Below, piece after piece: positions 10,014 through 19,183 of a DNA stretch of 64,000 bases. The notes beneath the pieces are model-generated. The model did no database searches, was not told where the DNA came from, and saw only the letters and a program-made list of their open reading frames with translations. This stretch comes from Paracoccaceae bacterium (GTDB lineage: Bacteria; Pseudomonadota; Alphaproteobacteria; Rhodobacterales; Rhodobacteraceae), in the NCBI GenBank assembly GCA_020447005.1, contig JAGRDO010000060.1:3228-67227 (forward strand), in the 5' to 3' direction. The position numbers and the translations under genes are program-made. The stretch's first letter is position 1, and the number at the start of each line of letters is the position of its first letter.

Positions 10014-11507
10014 ATGAACGAAGTTGCGGCGATCCGTGCAGTCAAACCCGATCCGGACGCAGAGACCGAAGCGGTACCGCACAATATCGAGGCCGAGCAG
10101 CAGCTCTTGGGCGCGATCCTGACCAATAACGATATCTACGACCGGATCGCGGCGCTGGTGAAGTCGGATCACTTCTATGAGCCGGTTCACAAGCGCATCT
10201 TCGAGATCGCGGTGGCGCGCATCCAGAAGAACGCGCTGGCTTCGCCCGTGACGCTCAAGGGGTTTCTTGAGGATGATGAGGGGCTGAAAGCCCTTGGCGG
10301 GCCGGCCTATCTTGCGCGGTTGGCGGGGGCGGCGATCTCTGCCTACGCGGCGCGCGACTATGCCCAGATGATCTATGATCTGGCGGTACGGCGCGAGTTG
10401 ATGCGGCTTGGCCAGGAGATTCGCGATCAGGCGCGAAGCATCGAGCTGGACAATGATCCGAAGGACCAGATCGTCGCGGCCGAGCAGCGGCTTTACACCC
10501 TGGCCGAGCAGGGGAGTGTCGAAAAGGGCTTTGTCTCGTTTCTGAAGGCGACCACGGAAGCGGTGCAATCGGCCCATGCGGCCTATCATCGGGACGGCGC
10601 GCTTTCCGGCGTTTCGACCGGGCTGGTCGACCTTGACAAGAAGCTGGGCGGGCTGCACCCCTCCGATCTCCTGATCCTCGCGGGGAGGCCGTCGATGGGC
10701 AAGACCTCGCTGGCGACGAATATCGCCTTCAACATCGCGAAAGCCTATAAGCGCGGGAAACGGCCCGATGGCAGCGAAGGCGCGGTGAACGGCGGGGTCG
10801 TCGGGTTCTTTTCGCTGGAGATGTCGTCCGAGCAGCTTGCCGCGCGCATCCTGTCCGAAGCCTCCGAAGTGCCTTCGGAACAGATCCGGCGCGGGGATAT
10901 GAGCGAGACGGAATTCCGCCGGTTCATCAGTGCGGCGAAAGAACTGGAAAGCTGCCCGCTCTATATCGACGATACTCCGGCTTTGCCGATCAGCCAGGTC
11001 GCCGCCCGATGCCGGCGGCTGAAGCGGACGCATGGGCTCGACGTCATATTCGTTGACTATCTGCAACTGCTTCGCGGCACGGGCAAAGGGGACAACCGCG
11101 TTCAGGAAATCGCCGAAATTTCCATGGGGCTCAAGGCCTTGGCGAAGGAACTTAGTGTGCCGGTCGTGGCCCTGTCGCAATTGTCGCGCCAGGTTGAGAA
11201 CCGTGATGACAAGCGTCCGCAGCTTTCAGACCTTCGCGAAAGCGGATCGATCGAGCAGGATGCCGATGTCGTCATGTTCGTCTACCGTGACGAATATTAC
11301 AAAGAGCGTGAGAAGCCGGGGGATGACAATCTTGAGGCCATGGCAAAGTGGCAAGAGACGATGGAGCGCGTTCATGGCAAGGCCGAGGTGATCATCGGCA
11401 AGCAGCGTCACGGGCCCATTGGCACGGTCGAGCTGTCCTTCGAGGGGCGTTTCACCCGTTTCGGCAATCTGGTCAGACCCTGGCAGCAGGATCAGAACGG
11501 ATTCTGA
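10014..11507 (+). CDS. dnaB: Replicative DNA helicase DnaB
   Basis: Motifs: PHNIEAEQQLLGAIL, Walker A GRPSMGKTSLA, VIFVDYLQLL, QLSRQVENRDDKRPQLSDLRESGSIEQDADVV. ATG at 10014 (M19 of the track ORF). Confidence 0.95.
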   Translation: MNEVAAIRAVKPDPDAETEAVPHNIEAEQQLLGAILTNNDIYDRIAALVKSDHFYEPVHKRIFEIAVARIQKNALASPVTLKGFLEDDEGLKALGGPAYLARLAGAAISAYAARDYAQMIYDLAVRRELMRLGQEIRDQARSIELDNDPKDQIVAAEQRLYTLAEQGSVEKGFVSFLKATTEAVQSAHAAYHRDGALSGVSTGLVDLDKKLGGLHPSDLLILAGRPSMGKTSLATNIAFNIAKAYKRGKRPDGSEGAVNGGVVGFFSLEMSSEQLAARILSEASEVPSEQIRRGDMSETEFRRFISAAKELESCPLYIDDTPALPISQVAARCRRLKRTHGLDVIFVDYLQLLRGTGKGDNRVQEIAEISMGLKALAKELSVPVVALSQLSRQVENRDDKRPQLSDLRESGSIEQDADVVMFVYRDEYYKEREKPGDDNLEAMAKWQETMERVHGKAEVIIGKQRHGPIGTVELSFEGRFTRFGNLVRPWQQDQNGF

Positions 11508-11584
11508 TGTCTGGCTTTCGACTTGCGGCGCCACCGGCCCGCGATAGGTCTTGACCTTGCGGTAAAGGCTGGCAAAAGGCAGTC

Positions 11585-12631
11585 ATGGCACGCGGTATCC
11601 TGGACATCGACCTTGACGCAATCGTCGCGAACTGGCGCGCGCTTGGCCGGCTTTCCGGCTCGGCCAGAGCCGGCGCCGTCGTCAAGGCGAATGCCTATGG
11701 GCTGGGGGTCGCGCCGGTTGCGCGAGCGCTGGCGAAAGCGGGTGCACGGCTGTTTTTCGTGGTCTCTGCCGAAGAGGGTGCCGAGTTGCGCTCTTGCCTC
11801 GGGCCGGAGATCGAAATCATGCTGTTGTCGGGCCATATGAGCGGAGACACGGACCTTATCTCGGGTGCCGATCTCATCCCGCTTCTGAGTTCGCCCGGGC
11901 AGGTGGCCCGCCATCGCGGTGCCCTTCCGGGCCGGCGCTACGGTATCCAGCTTGATACCGGGATGAACAGGCTGGGCATTGGGCCCGGGGATTGGCAAGG
12001 TCTGGCGCCGGTGATCGCCGCCGAACATCCGGCACTTGTCATGTCGCATCTCGCCTGCGCCGATGATGCCGAAAATCCGGGGAATGCGGCGCAGCTGTCC
12101 TGTTTCCGCAAGATGACGGGCGAGATTTCCGCCGAACGTTCGCTGGCGGCGACCGGCGGCATTCTTCTCGGGCCGGACTATCACTTTGACGTGACGCGGC
12201 CGGGGATCGGGATTTACGGGTGCCGGCCATTTGCGGAAGGCCGGCCCGTTGTCCGGCTTACGCTGCCCGTTATCCAGATCCGCCACGTTCCCCCGGGTCA
12301 GGCGGTTGGTTATGGCGGAACCTGGGTGGCCGGGGTGCCCAGCCGCATCGCGCTGGTCGCGGCCGGCTATGCTGACGGTTTGCTTCGTGCGCTGACGGGT
12401 CGCGGCAGTGTCATGATCAATGGCCAGCGGTGCCCCATGGTCGGCCGCGTTTCGATGGATTCGCTTGCGGTCGACATCACGAACCTTGGCGAAGACCCTG
12501 AGATGATTTGCATGATCGGCGATGAGCAACCGGTTGATGCGGTTGCGGACATGGCCGGAACGATCGGCTATGAAATTCTGACATCCTTCGGCGCCCGGTA
12601 TGAAAAGACGTACAGGGAGGCCGGGGAATGA
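11585..12631 (+). CDS. alr: Alanine racemase
   Basis: PLP-site motif VVKANAYGLG, with C-terminal GYADG and VSMD motifs. The stop overlaps the mlaE start (ATGA). Confidence 0.9.
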   Translation: MARGILDIDLDAIVANWRALGRLSGSARAGAVVKANAYGLGVAPVARALAKAGARLFFVVSAEEGAELRSCLGPEIEIMLLSGHMSGDTDLISGADLIPLLSSPGQVARHRGALPGRRYGIQLDTGMNRLGIGPGDWQGLAPVIAAEHPALVMSHLACADDAENPGNAAQLSCFRKMTGEISAERSLAATGGILLGPDYHFDVTRPGIGIYGCRPFAEGRPVVRLTLPVIQIRHVPPGQAVGYGGTWVAGVPSRIALVAAGYADGLLRALTGRGSVMINGQRCPMVGRVSMDSLAVDITNLGEDPEMICMIGDEQPVDAVADMAGTIGYEILTSFGARYEKTYREAGE

Positions 12632-13410
12632 CCGCGCTCGCTCCGTTTTCCATCCTTGGACGCCCGGTTCTGGGCGGATTGGCACTGCTGGGCCGGATCG
12701 CCATCTTCGCGGCCGAAACGATCAGCCACCTTGCGCGCCCCCCCTTTTACCCGAAGGAATTTCTGGCGGCCCTGATGCAGATCGGCTGGTTCAGCCTGCC
12801 GGTGGTTGCATTGACATCGCTTTTCACCGGCGGGGCGCTGGCGTTGCAGATCTACGCGGGCGGCGCACGTTTTTCAGCCGAGGCGGTTGTTCCCTCCATC
12901 GTGGCGATCGGCATGGTCCGAGAGCTTGGCCCCGTCCTTGGCGGGCTGATGGTCGCCGCACGGGTCGCGTCGTCCATTGCCGCCGAGATCGGCACGATGA
13001 AGGTCACAGAACAGATCGATGCGCTTGTAACATTGTCGACCAACCCCATGAAATACCTTACAGTTCCCCGAGTTCTGGCAGCGACGATCGCGGTCCCTGC
13101 CCTTGTGGCGGTCGGCGACAGCATCGGAATATTTGGCGGGTATCTGGTCGGCGTGAACCGGCTGGGCTTCAACCCCGCAACCTATCTGAAGAACACCCGG
13201 GACTTTCTGGAGGTCTGGGACATCGCCTCGGGCCTGTGGAAGGGGGCGGCATTCGGCTTCATCGTCGCGCTGATGGGGTGCTATTACGGTATGAATTCCG
13301 GCCGGGGCGCTCAGGGCGTCGGGCGGGCAACCAAGGCGGCCGTGGTTGCCGCGTCGGTCCTGATCCTTGCCACGAACTATATTCTGACCGAGGTGTTCTT
13401 TTCGGCATGA
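12628..13410 (+). CDS. mlaE: Mla-type ABC transporter permease (MlaE family)
   Basis: 260-aa polytopic protein. REL.P.L..L..A.R..S...AE.G.M.V.EQIDAL is present as VRELGPVLGGLMVAARVASSIAAEIGTMKVTEQIDAL. Confidence 0.85.
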   Translation: MTALAPFSILGRPVLGGLALLGRIAIFAAETISHLARPPFYPKEFLAALMQIGWFSLPVVALTSLFTGGALALQIYAGGARFSAEAVVPSIVAIGMVRELGPVLGGLMVAARVASSIAAEIGTMKVTEQIDALVTLSTNPMKYLTVPRVLAATIAVPALVAVGDSIGIFGGYLVGVNRLGFNPATYLKNTRDFLEVWDIASGLWKGAAFGFIVALMGCYYGMNSGRGAQGVGRATKAAVVAASVLILATNYILTEVFFSA

Positions 13411-14153
13411 TCCAGCTGACCGACATCGAAAAAGCCTTCGGCGCCAATCGTGTGCTGCGCGGGGTCAATCTGACGGTCCCAAGCGGCGAAAGCATGGTCA
13501 TCATTGGTGGATCCGGAACAGGAAAATCCGTTCTTCTCAAGTGCATCCTTGGCCTTGTTAAACCGGATAGCGGCAAGATCACCGTCAACGGAGAGGTTGC
13601 CGACACCTCGGCAAGGGACGCATTTCTGGCCCGGTTCGGGATGCTCTTTCAGGGCGGTGCGCTCTTTGACTCGCTTCCGGTCTGGCAGAATGTCGCGTTT
13701 CGTCTTTTGCGCGGGTCGCTGAAACGGCCACGGGCCGAGGCGCGGGATATCGCCATCGAGAAGCTGCGTCGCGTCGGGCTGCGGCCCGAAACCGCCGATC
13801 TTTTTCCCGCCGAGCTGTCCGGCGGCATGCAAAAACGCGTGGGGCTGGCGCGGGCAATCGCCGCCGAGCCCGAGATCATCTTCTTCGACGAGCCGACCAC
13901 CGGGCTGGACCCGATCATGGCCGGCGTGATCAATGAGCTGATCCGCGAGATCGTGACGGAAATGGGTGCGACCGCGATGACGATCACCCATGACATGACC
14001 TCTGTAAGGGCGATCGCGGACCGTGTGGCGATGCTGCATGACGGGGCGATAAAATGGACCGGCCGGATCGCGGAGATGGAAGAAACTTCTGATCCTTACG
14101 TGCAGCAATTCATCCACGGCCGGGCCGAAGGGCCGATCATGGCCATTCGCTGA
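13407..14153 (+). CDS. mlaF: Mla-type ABC transporter ATP-binding protein (MlaF family)
   Basis: Walker A GGSGTGKS, signature LSGGMQKRVGLARA, Walker B IIFFDEPTTGLD. The ATG at 13407 overlaps the mlaE stop (ATGA). The 5' two-thirds of track ORF 12600..14153 is just an alternate frame of mlaE. Confidence 0.85.
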   Translation: MIQLTDIEKAFGANRVLRGVNLTVPSGESMVIIGGSGTGKSVLLKCILGLVKPDSGKITVNGEVADTSARDAFLARFGMLFQGGALFDSLPVWQNVAFRLLRGSLKRPRAEARDIAIEKLRRVGLRPETADLFPAELSGGMQKRVGLARAIAAEPEIIFFDEPTTGLDPIMAGVINELIREIVTEMGATAMTITHDMTSVRAIADRVAMLHDGAIKWTGRIAEMEETSDPYVQQFIHGRAEGPIMAIR

Positions 14154-14252
14154 AGGCGCCTGCTTCCGGGGCGGTTCGAGGACTGGACGGTCCGGATTTG
14201 ACAGCCATTCCGCGCGCGCCTAAACTTTTTGTTCACCCGGCTGGAGGGAAGC

Positions 14253-14594
14253 ATGGCTTCGGCACAGGGAACATTGTCGGCCGTATTGGTGCTACTTGTT
14301 CTTTATTGTGTTCCGCCGCTCTTGTGTCTTTTGGTATCGCTGCGCTGGCTCCGGCGCCGCGCCCGGCATCATGGGCCCCGTCGCGGCGCGCTGCTCGCCC
14401 TGGTTTTTTCGGGCATCTGTCTGGCGATCAATGGTGTGGTCACGATCCTTCATGCGCATACGGCCCTTGGCGGCGCGGTGTCGGGTTTTGGGCAGGCTGA
14501 CTATCTTGCGGCAGCGCTGTCCTGGCTTTGCCTGTGGTTGACCGTGGTCGTCGCCTATGTGTCGCGGCGCCGGCTGCGCCGGATGATCTACTGA
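14253..14594 (+). CDS. Small hypothetical membrane protein (about 3 TM)
   Basis: GGAGGG lies 4-5 nt before the ATG at 14253. Three hydrophobic stretches are separated by Arg-rich loops. No family recognised. Confidence 0.4.
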   Translation: MASAQGTLSAVLVLLVLYCVPPLLCLLVSLRWLRRRARHHGPRRGALLALVFSGICLAINGVVTILHAHTALGGAVSGFGQADYLAAALSWLCLWLTVVVAYVSRRRLRRMIY

Positions 14595-14636
14595 CAGGCC
14601 CTTGGCGCGGGATGCGGCCGGGAATATTCATGTCCC

Positions 14637-15071
14637 ATGCTGCGCTATGCCAACCTTTGCCTTTTTGTCCTGTTTCCCGTCTCGTGGTTTGCCCCCCTGA
14701 TGCGGGCGGGTTTGCTGCCCTTTTTCGAACTGGACGAAATCTCGATCGCAACGGGGCTGCAGGCGCTCTGGACCAAGGATATTCTGCTGGCGCTTGTCGT
14801 CGCCAGCTTCGCCTTGGCTGCGCCCATGGCCAAAACCCTTGTCCTGACATTGGTTCAATTCGGATATCTGGGACGGCCGTGGCTTCGATTCGTGCGACTG
14901 GCCGGCCGGTTCGCCATGGCCGACATTTTCCTGGTCGCGCTTTACATCATCCTGGCCGAAGGCGTTGGCCTGGGCAGGGTCGAGACCGCTTGGGGCCTTT
15001 ATCTCTTTTCGGCCTGTGTACTTGCGTCACTTGCCCTTTCCCATTTGGCCGAGCGGGACGCGTCTGATTGA
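14637..15071 (+). CDS. Single-domain PqiA-like (paraquat-inducible protein A family) membrane protein
   Basis: 144 aa, about 4 TM. The pattern ...APLMRAGL... / RFAMADIFLVALYIIL resembles one PqiA repeat (a W/M-[SA]-M-x-[DE]-V/I-F-like motif). Confidence 0.5.
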   Translation: MLRYANLCLFVLFPVSWFAPLMRAGLLPFFELDEISIATGLQALWTKDILLALVVASFALAAPMAKTLVLTLVQFGYLGRPWLRFVRLAGRFAMADIFLVALYIILAEGVGLGRVETAWGLYLFSACVLASLALSHLAERDASD

Positions 15072-15138
15072 ACCGGCGGCAACGACAATGGCGTCATAGT
15101 CTCTTGCGGCCCGGTCTGGCATCGGGCAGGTAGGCGGC

Positions 15139-16506
15139 ATGGCACGCTCTCAACCCACCTTCACCTGTTTGGATTGCGGCGCGGTTCACGGCAAATGGGC
15201 CGGACGTTGTGACGCTTGTGGCGCATGGAACTCGATTGCCGAGGAAGCCCCGCTGTCAGCCGGGCCGGCCAAGAAATCGCTTGGATCCCAACGGGGAAGG
15301 CAGGTTTCTCTTTCAACGCTGAACAGCAATGAGCCCCCGCCGCCACGAAGCGCCACGGGTCTGGAAGAGGTCGACCGCGTGTTGGGAGGCGGCCTTGTCG
15401 CGGCATCCGCGATTCTGGTGGGCGGCGATCCGGGCATAGGCAAGTCGACGCTTCTGCTGCAGGTCGCGGCGAGCATCGCCAAGCGCGGACAGACCTGCCT
15501 TTACGTGTCGGGAGAGGAAGCCTCGGCCCAGATCCGGATGCGCGCCGCAAGGCTTGGCCTTGCCGAAGCCCCGGTGCAACTGGCGGCCGAAACCAACCTG
15601 CGGGATATCCTGACCACGCTCGACGCGGTGGCGCCCGACCTTGCGATCATCGATTCCATCCAGACGATGTGGGCCGACAATGTCGAGGCGGCCCCCGGAT
15701 CGGTCAGTCAGGTCCGCGCGGCGGCGCATGAACTGGTGACCTTCGCCAAACGGCGCGGCATCGCGGTGATCCTGGTCGGCCATGTCACCAAGGAAGGCCA
15801 GATCGCCGGGCCGCGCGTCGTCGAACATATGGTCGATACCGTGCTTTATTTCGAAGGCGAGCGCGGTCATCAGTTTCGCATCCTGCGCGCGGTCAAGAAC
15901 CGCTTCGGCCCGGCGGACGAAATCGGCGTTTTCGAGATGACCGGCGCAGGCCTTGCCGAGGTCGCGAACCCGTCGGCCCTGTTCCTGTCGGACCGCGGCC
16001 GGTCGAGCCCGGGATCAGCCGTATTCGCGGGGATCGAGGGCACCCGGCCTGTCCTGACCGAAATTCAGGCACTGGTCACGCCATCGCCCCTTGGCACCCC
16101 GCGCCGCACGGTTGTGGGGCTGGACGGCGGACGGCTGTCGACAATCCTCGCGGTTCTCGAGGCGCGCTGCGGCATCCCCTTTGCCGGGCTTGACGTCTTT
16201 CTGAACGTCGCAGGGGGAATGCGGGTCAGCGAACCGGCTGCCGATCTTGCGGTTGCCGCGGCGCTTTTGTCCGCCCGTGAAGACGTAGCCCTGCCGCCCG
16301 ATATGGTCATCTTCGGCGAAATCAGCCTTTCGGGCGCGCTTCGCCCGGTCAGTCAGACAGAAAACAGGTTGAAAGAAGCACGAAAACTTGGTTTCTCACA
16401 AGCGGTCGCGCCGGAGAAAAGCAAGGCGGACGGCGGCACCGGAATGCAGGTACGCCGAATGCCTGATCTGACGACGTTCGTCGGCGAAATGTTCGCTGCA
16501 GGCTAA
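15139..16506 (+). CDS. radA: DNA repair protein RadA
   Basis: N-terminal zinc finger CLDCGAVHGKWAGRCDACGAWNS, Walker A GGDPGIGKSTLLLQ, the KNRFG motif, and a Lon-like C-terminal domain. Confidence 0.95.
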   Translation: MARSQPTFTCLDCGAVHGKWAGRCDACGAWNSIAEEAPLSAGPAKKSLGSQRGRQVSLSTLNSNEPPPPRSATGLEEVDRVLGGGLVAASAILVGGDPGIGKSTLLLQVAASIAKRGQTCLYVSGEEASAQIRMRAARLGLAEAPVQLAAETNLRDILTTLDAVAPDLAIIDSIQTMWADNVEAAPGSVSQVRAAAHELVTFAKRRGIAVILVGHVTKEGQIAGPRVVEHMVDTVLYFEGERGHQFRILRAVKNRFGPADEIGVFEMTGAGLAEVANPSALFLSDRGRSSPGSAVFAGIEGTRPVLTEIQALVTPSPLGTPRRTVVGLDGGRLSTILAVLEARCGIPFAGLDVFLNVAGGMRVSEPAADLAVAAALLSAREDVALPPDMVIFGEISLSGALRPVSQTENRLKEARKLGFSQAVAPEKSKADGGTGMQVRRMPDLTTFVGEMFAAG

Positions 16507-16524
16507 GGCATAAGGAGCGCGCGA

Positions 16525-17145
16525 ATGGAAGGTTTTACGATTGTCGACGCCATCGTGGCGGTTGTTATCCTCTTGTCGGCGATCCTCGCCTATAGCCGCG
16601 GCTTTGTGCGTGAGGTGTTGGCCATCGCCGGCTGGGTGGTCGCGGCGGTCGTTGCCTTTCTCTTCGCGCCCAAGGCCGAACCGCTGATCCGGCAGGTCCC
16701 GATGCTCGACACATATCTGGGCGAAAGCTGCGAATTGTCGATCATTGCAGCATTCCTTGCTGTATTCGCGCTGGCGCTCATCGTGATGTCCATTTTCACG
16801 CCGATCTTTTCGTCGGCGGTGCAACGGTCTGCCCTTGGCGGAACCGATCAGGGATTGGGGTTCCTTTTCGGTGCGTTGCGCGGGTTCGTACTCGTGGCGA
16901 TTGCCTTCGCCGTCTACAGCCGCGTTCTGGTCGGATCATCAATACCGGTGGTCGACAATTCCCAGTCGGCAAAGATTTTCGCGTCCATGGAAGGCCGGAT
17001 CAATCAGGAAATGCCGCAGGACGTACCCAGCTGGATACGCGACCGGTATCGCCAATTGACCGGCAGCTGCGGCGCCCCCACCAGTGCACCGACGGACGGC
17101 ACCGGGGCAAAAAACCTGACCGCGCCATCGTCAAGCGGCAACTGA
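16525..17145 (+). CDS. cvpA: CvpA-family membrane protein
   Basis: The N-terminus FTIVDAIVAVVILLSAILAYSRGFVREVLAIAGWVVA and four TM segments are typical of CvpA. It sits in the conserved radA-cvpA-purF context. Confidence 0.8.
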   Translation: MEGFTIVDAIVAVVILLSAILAYSRGFVREVLAIAGWVVAAVVAFLFAPKAEPLIRQVPMLDTYLGESCELSIIAAFLAVFALALIVMSIFTPIFSSAVQRSALGGTDQGLGFLFGALRGFVLVAIAFAVYSRVLVGSSIPVVDNSQSAKIFASMEGRINQEMPQDVPSWIRDRYRQLTGSCGAPTSAPTDGTGAKNLTAPSSSGN

Positions 17146-17237
17146 AGGGTTCAAATTCGTGTCAACCGCGTGACAGTGGCGCCGCGACACACTACATGGG
17201 GGTCAATCCCAGCTGCCCGGATTCGGAGAGACGGCCG

Positions 17238-18701
17238 ATGCGCCCATTCCTGAGCCACCCTTTTGACGACGACAAGCTGAAGGAAGAATGCGGCGTCTTT
17301 GGCGTGATCGGCGTCGGCGAAGCCGCGAATTTTGCCGCCCTCGGCCTTCATGCGCTTCAGCATCGCGGGCAGGAGGCCGGCGGCATTGTCGCCTATGATC
17401 CTGAAACCGGTTTCAATTCGGTCCGCCGCTTCGGCTATGTACGCGACAATTTCACCAAGTCCGATGTCATGCAGACGCTGCCCGGCAGCCTCGCGATCGG
17501 TCATGTGCGCTATTCGACCGCCGGATCCAAGGGGGCCACCGCCATTCGCGATGTTCAGCCCTTCTTTGGCGAATTCGCGATGGGGGGCTGTGCGGTTGCC
17601 CATAACGGAAATCTGACCAACGCCACCCAGCTTCGGCGGGATCTGATCGAACGTGGTGCGATATTCCAGTCTTCGTCGGACAGCGAATGCATCATTCACC
17701 TGATGGCGCGTTCGATCCAGAAGAGCATCCCTGAACGGATGAAGGACGCCTTGCGCGCCGTCGAGGGGGCGTTTTCGGTGATCGCCATGACGCGGACGAA
17801 GCTGATCGGTGTCCGCGATCCGCTTGGCGTGCGGCCACTGGTTCTGGGCCGGATCGGCGATGACGGGTTTGCCCTTTCTTCCGAGACCTGCGGTCTTGAC
17901 ATCATCGGCGCCGAATTTGTCCGCGAGGTCGAGCCGGGCGAGATGGTCGTCATATCGAAGGGCAAGATCGAAAGCTCGCGTCCGTTCGGTCCCGCGCGGT
18001 CGCGGTTCTGCATTTTCGAACATGTCTATTTCTCGCGGCCGGATTCGATTCTCGGCGGCCGTTCCGTCTATGAGACGCGGCGCCAGATCGGCGTCGAACT
18101 GGCAAAGGAAAGCCCGGTTGAGGCCGATCTTGTCTGTCCGGTCCCCGATAGCGGCACGCCAGCCGCCATCGGATATGCGGCCGAAAGCGGCATCCCCTAC
18201 GGCATGGGGATCATTCGCAATCAGTATATGGGCCGTACCTTCATCGAGCCGACCGAACAGATCCGGAATATGGGCGTGCGGCTGAAGCTGAACGTCAACC
18301 GGGCGCTGATCAAGGGCAAGCGCGTGATCCTTGTCGACGACTCGGTCGTGCGCGGCACGACAAGCCGCAAGATCAAGGACATGATCCTGGATGCAGGTGC
18401 GGCCGAGGTCCATTTCCGTATCGCTTCGCCCCCGACCGCATGGCCCTGCTTTTATGGTGTCGACACGCCAGAGCGCGGCAAGCTGCTTGCCGCCACCATG
18501 TCCGAAGACGAGATGCGCGACTGGATCGGGGTGGACAGCCTCAAGTTCATTTCGCTCGACGGTCTTTATCGCGCGGTCGGCGAAGCGAAGGGCCGCAACC
18601 GGGCCTGCCCGCAATATTGCGACGCCTGTTTTTCAGGCGAATACCCTGTCGCCCCTGCCGACCAGATTGCCAAGGGGTTCGCAATGAAGGCGGCGGAGTG
18701 A
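17238..18701 (+). CDS. purF: Amidophosphoribosyltransferase
   Basis: A propeptide is followed by the catalytic CGVFGV. Other motifs: HRGQE, GHVRYSTAG, NGNLTN, and the PRPP loop VILVDDSVVRGTT. GGAGAG lies 7 nt before the ATG at 17238 (the track ORF starts at 17196). Confidence 0.95.
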   Translation: MRPFLSHPFDDDKLKEECGVFGVIGVGEAANFAALGLHALQHRGQEAGGIVAYDPETGFNSVRRFGYVRDNFTKSDVMQTLPGSLAIGHVRYSTAGSKGATAIRDVQPFFGEFAMGGCAVAHNGNLTNATQLRRDLIERGAIFQSSSDSECIIHLMARSIQKSIPERMKDALRAVEGAFSVIAMTRTKLIGVRDPLGVRPLVLGRIGDDGFALSSETCGLDIIGAEFVREVEPGEMVVISKGKIESSRPFGPARSRFCIFEHVYFSRPDSILGGRSVYETRRQIGVELAKESPVEADLVCPVPDSGTPAAIGYAAESGIPYGMGIIRNQYMGRTFIEPTEQIRNMGVRLKLNVNRALIKGKRVILVDDSVVRGTTSRKIKDMILDAGAAEVHFRIASPPTAWPCFYGVDTPERGKLLAATMSEDEMRDWIGVDSLKFISLDGLYRAVGEAKGRNRACPQYCDACFSGEYPVAPADQIAKGFAMKAAE

Positions 18702-19120
18702 GCGCGCGGCCGATCCGCTATCGCCCGCATCATTTCCTGTGCTCCCTCGGGTTCGAGGGCAAGGGCTATTCCGACGCGTTCACCGCCAATATGGATGCGA
18801 TCGTCATGGGAAGGCTTCGGGCCGAAAACGGCGATGCGACCCTTATCGAAGTCACCGGCGCAACCGACGATATCTGCGCGCCCTGCCCCAAACGGCGTGG
18901 GCGGCTGTGCACGAACGAGACGAAGATCAGGGTGCTTGATCGGGCGCATGCCGCCGCGCTGAACCTTGCGCCGCGTGAAAGGCTGAGTTGGGGCGAGGCC
19001 AAGGCGCGGATCCGGGAGAATGTGCTGCCGGGCGGTCTGAAGCTGCTCTGCCGTGGCTGCGAATGGGAGCCCTATGGCATGTGCGAGGCAGCCCTTGCCC
19101 GTTTGCACGCCGAGGGGTGA
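18698..19120 (+). CDS. DUF1284-family Cys-rich protein
   Basis: RYRPHHFLCSLGFEGKGYSDAF plus CAPCP and CRGCEW cysteine pairs. The GTG at 18698 overlaps the purF stop (GTGA). The upstream part of track ORF 18440..19120 is an alternate frame of purF. Confidence 0.65.
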   Translation: MSARPIRYRPHHFLCSLGFEGKGYSDAFTANMDAIVMGRLRAENGDATLIEVTGATDDICAPCPKRRGRLCTNETKIRVLDRAHAAALNLAPRERLSWGEAKARIRENVLPGGLKLLCRGCEWEPYGMCEAALARLHAEG

Positions 19121-19123
19121 CCC

Positions 19124-19154
19124 AAAGAAAAACGCCGCCCCCCGGGGCGGCGTT
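19124..19154 (-). terminator. Intrinsic terminator for bioY (possibly bidirectional)
   Basis: AACGCCGCCCC/GGGGCGGCGTT hairpin (19131-19154). On the minus strand it is followed by TTTTTCTTT (19124-19132). It lies between the convergent DUF1284 gene and bioY. Confidence 0.6.
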
Positions 19155-19183
19155 CAAGCCACTTCTTCGGCAAGGCCGGAAGA

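Noticed and set aside
12600-13406. The 5' two-thirds of the 517-aa track ORF 12600..14153.
   Set aside because: This part is an alternate frame of mlaE with an R/G/P-rich translation. Recognisable ABC ATPase sequence begins only at the ATG at 13407, which overlaps the mlaE stop.
9978-18614. Long antisense ORFs opposite dnaB (9978..11180), alr (11492..12685), mlaF (13377..14117) and purF (17151..18614).
   Set aside because: Each lies opposite a gene with unmistakable conserved motifs, and none has motifs of its own.
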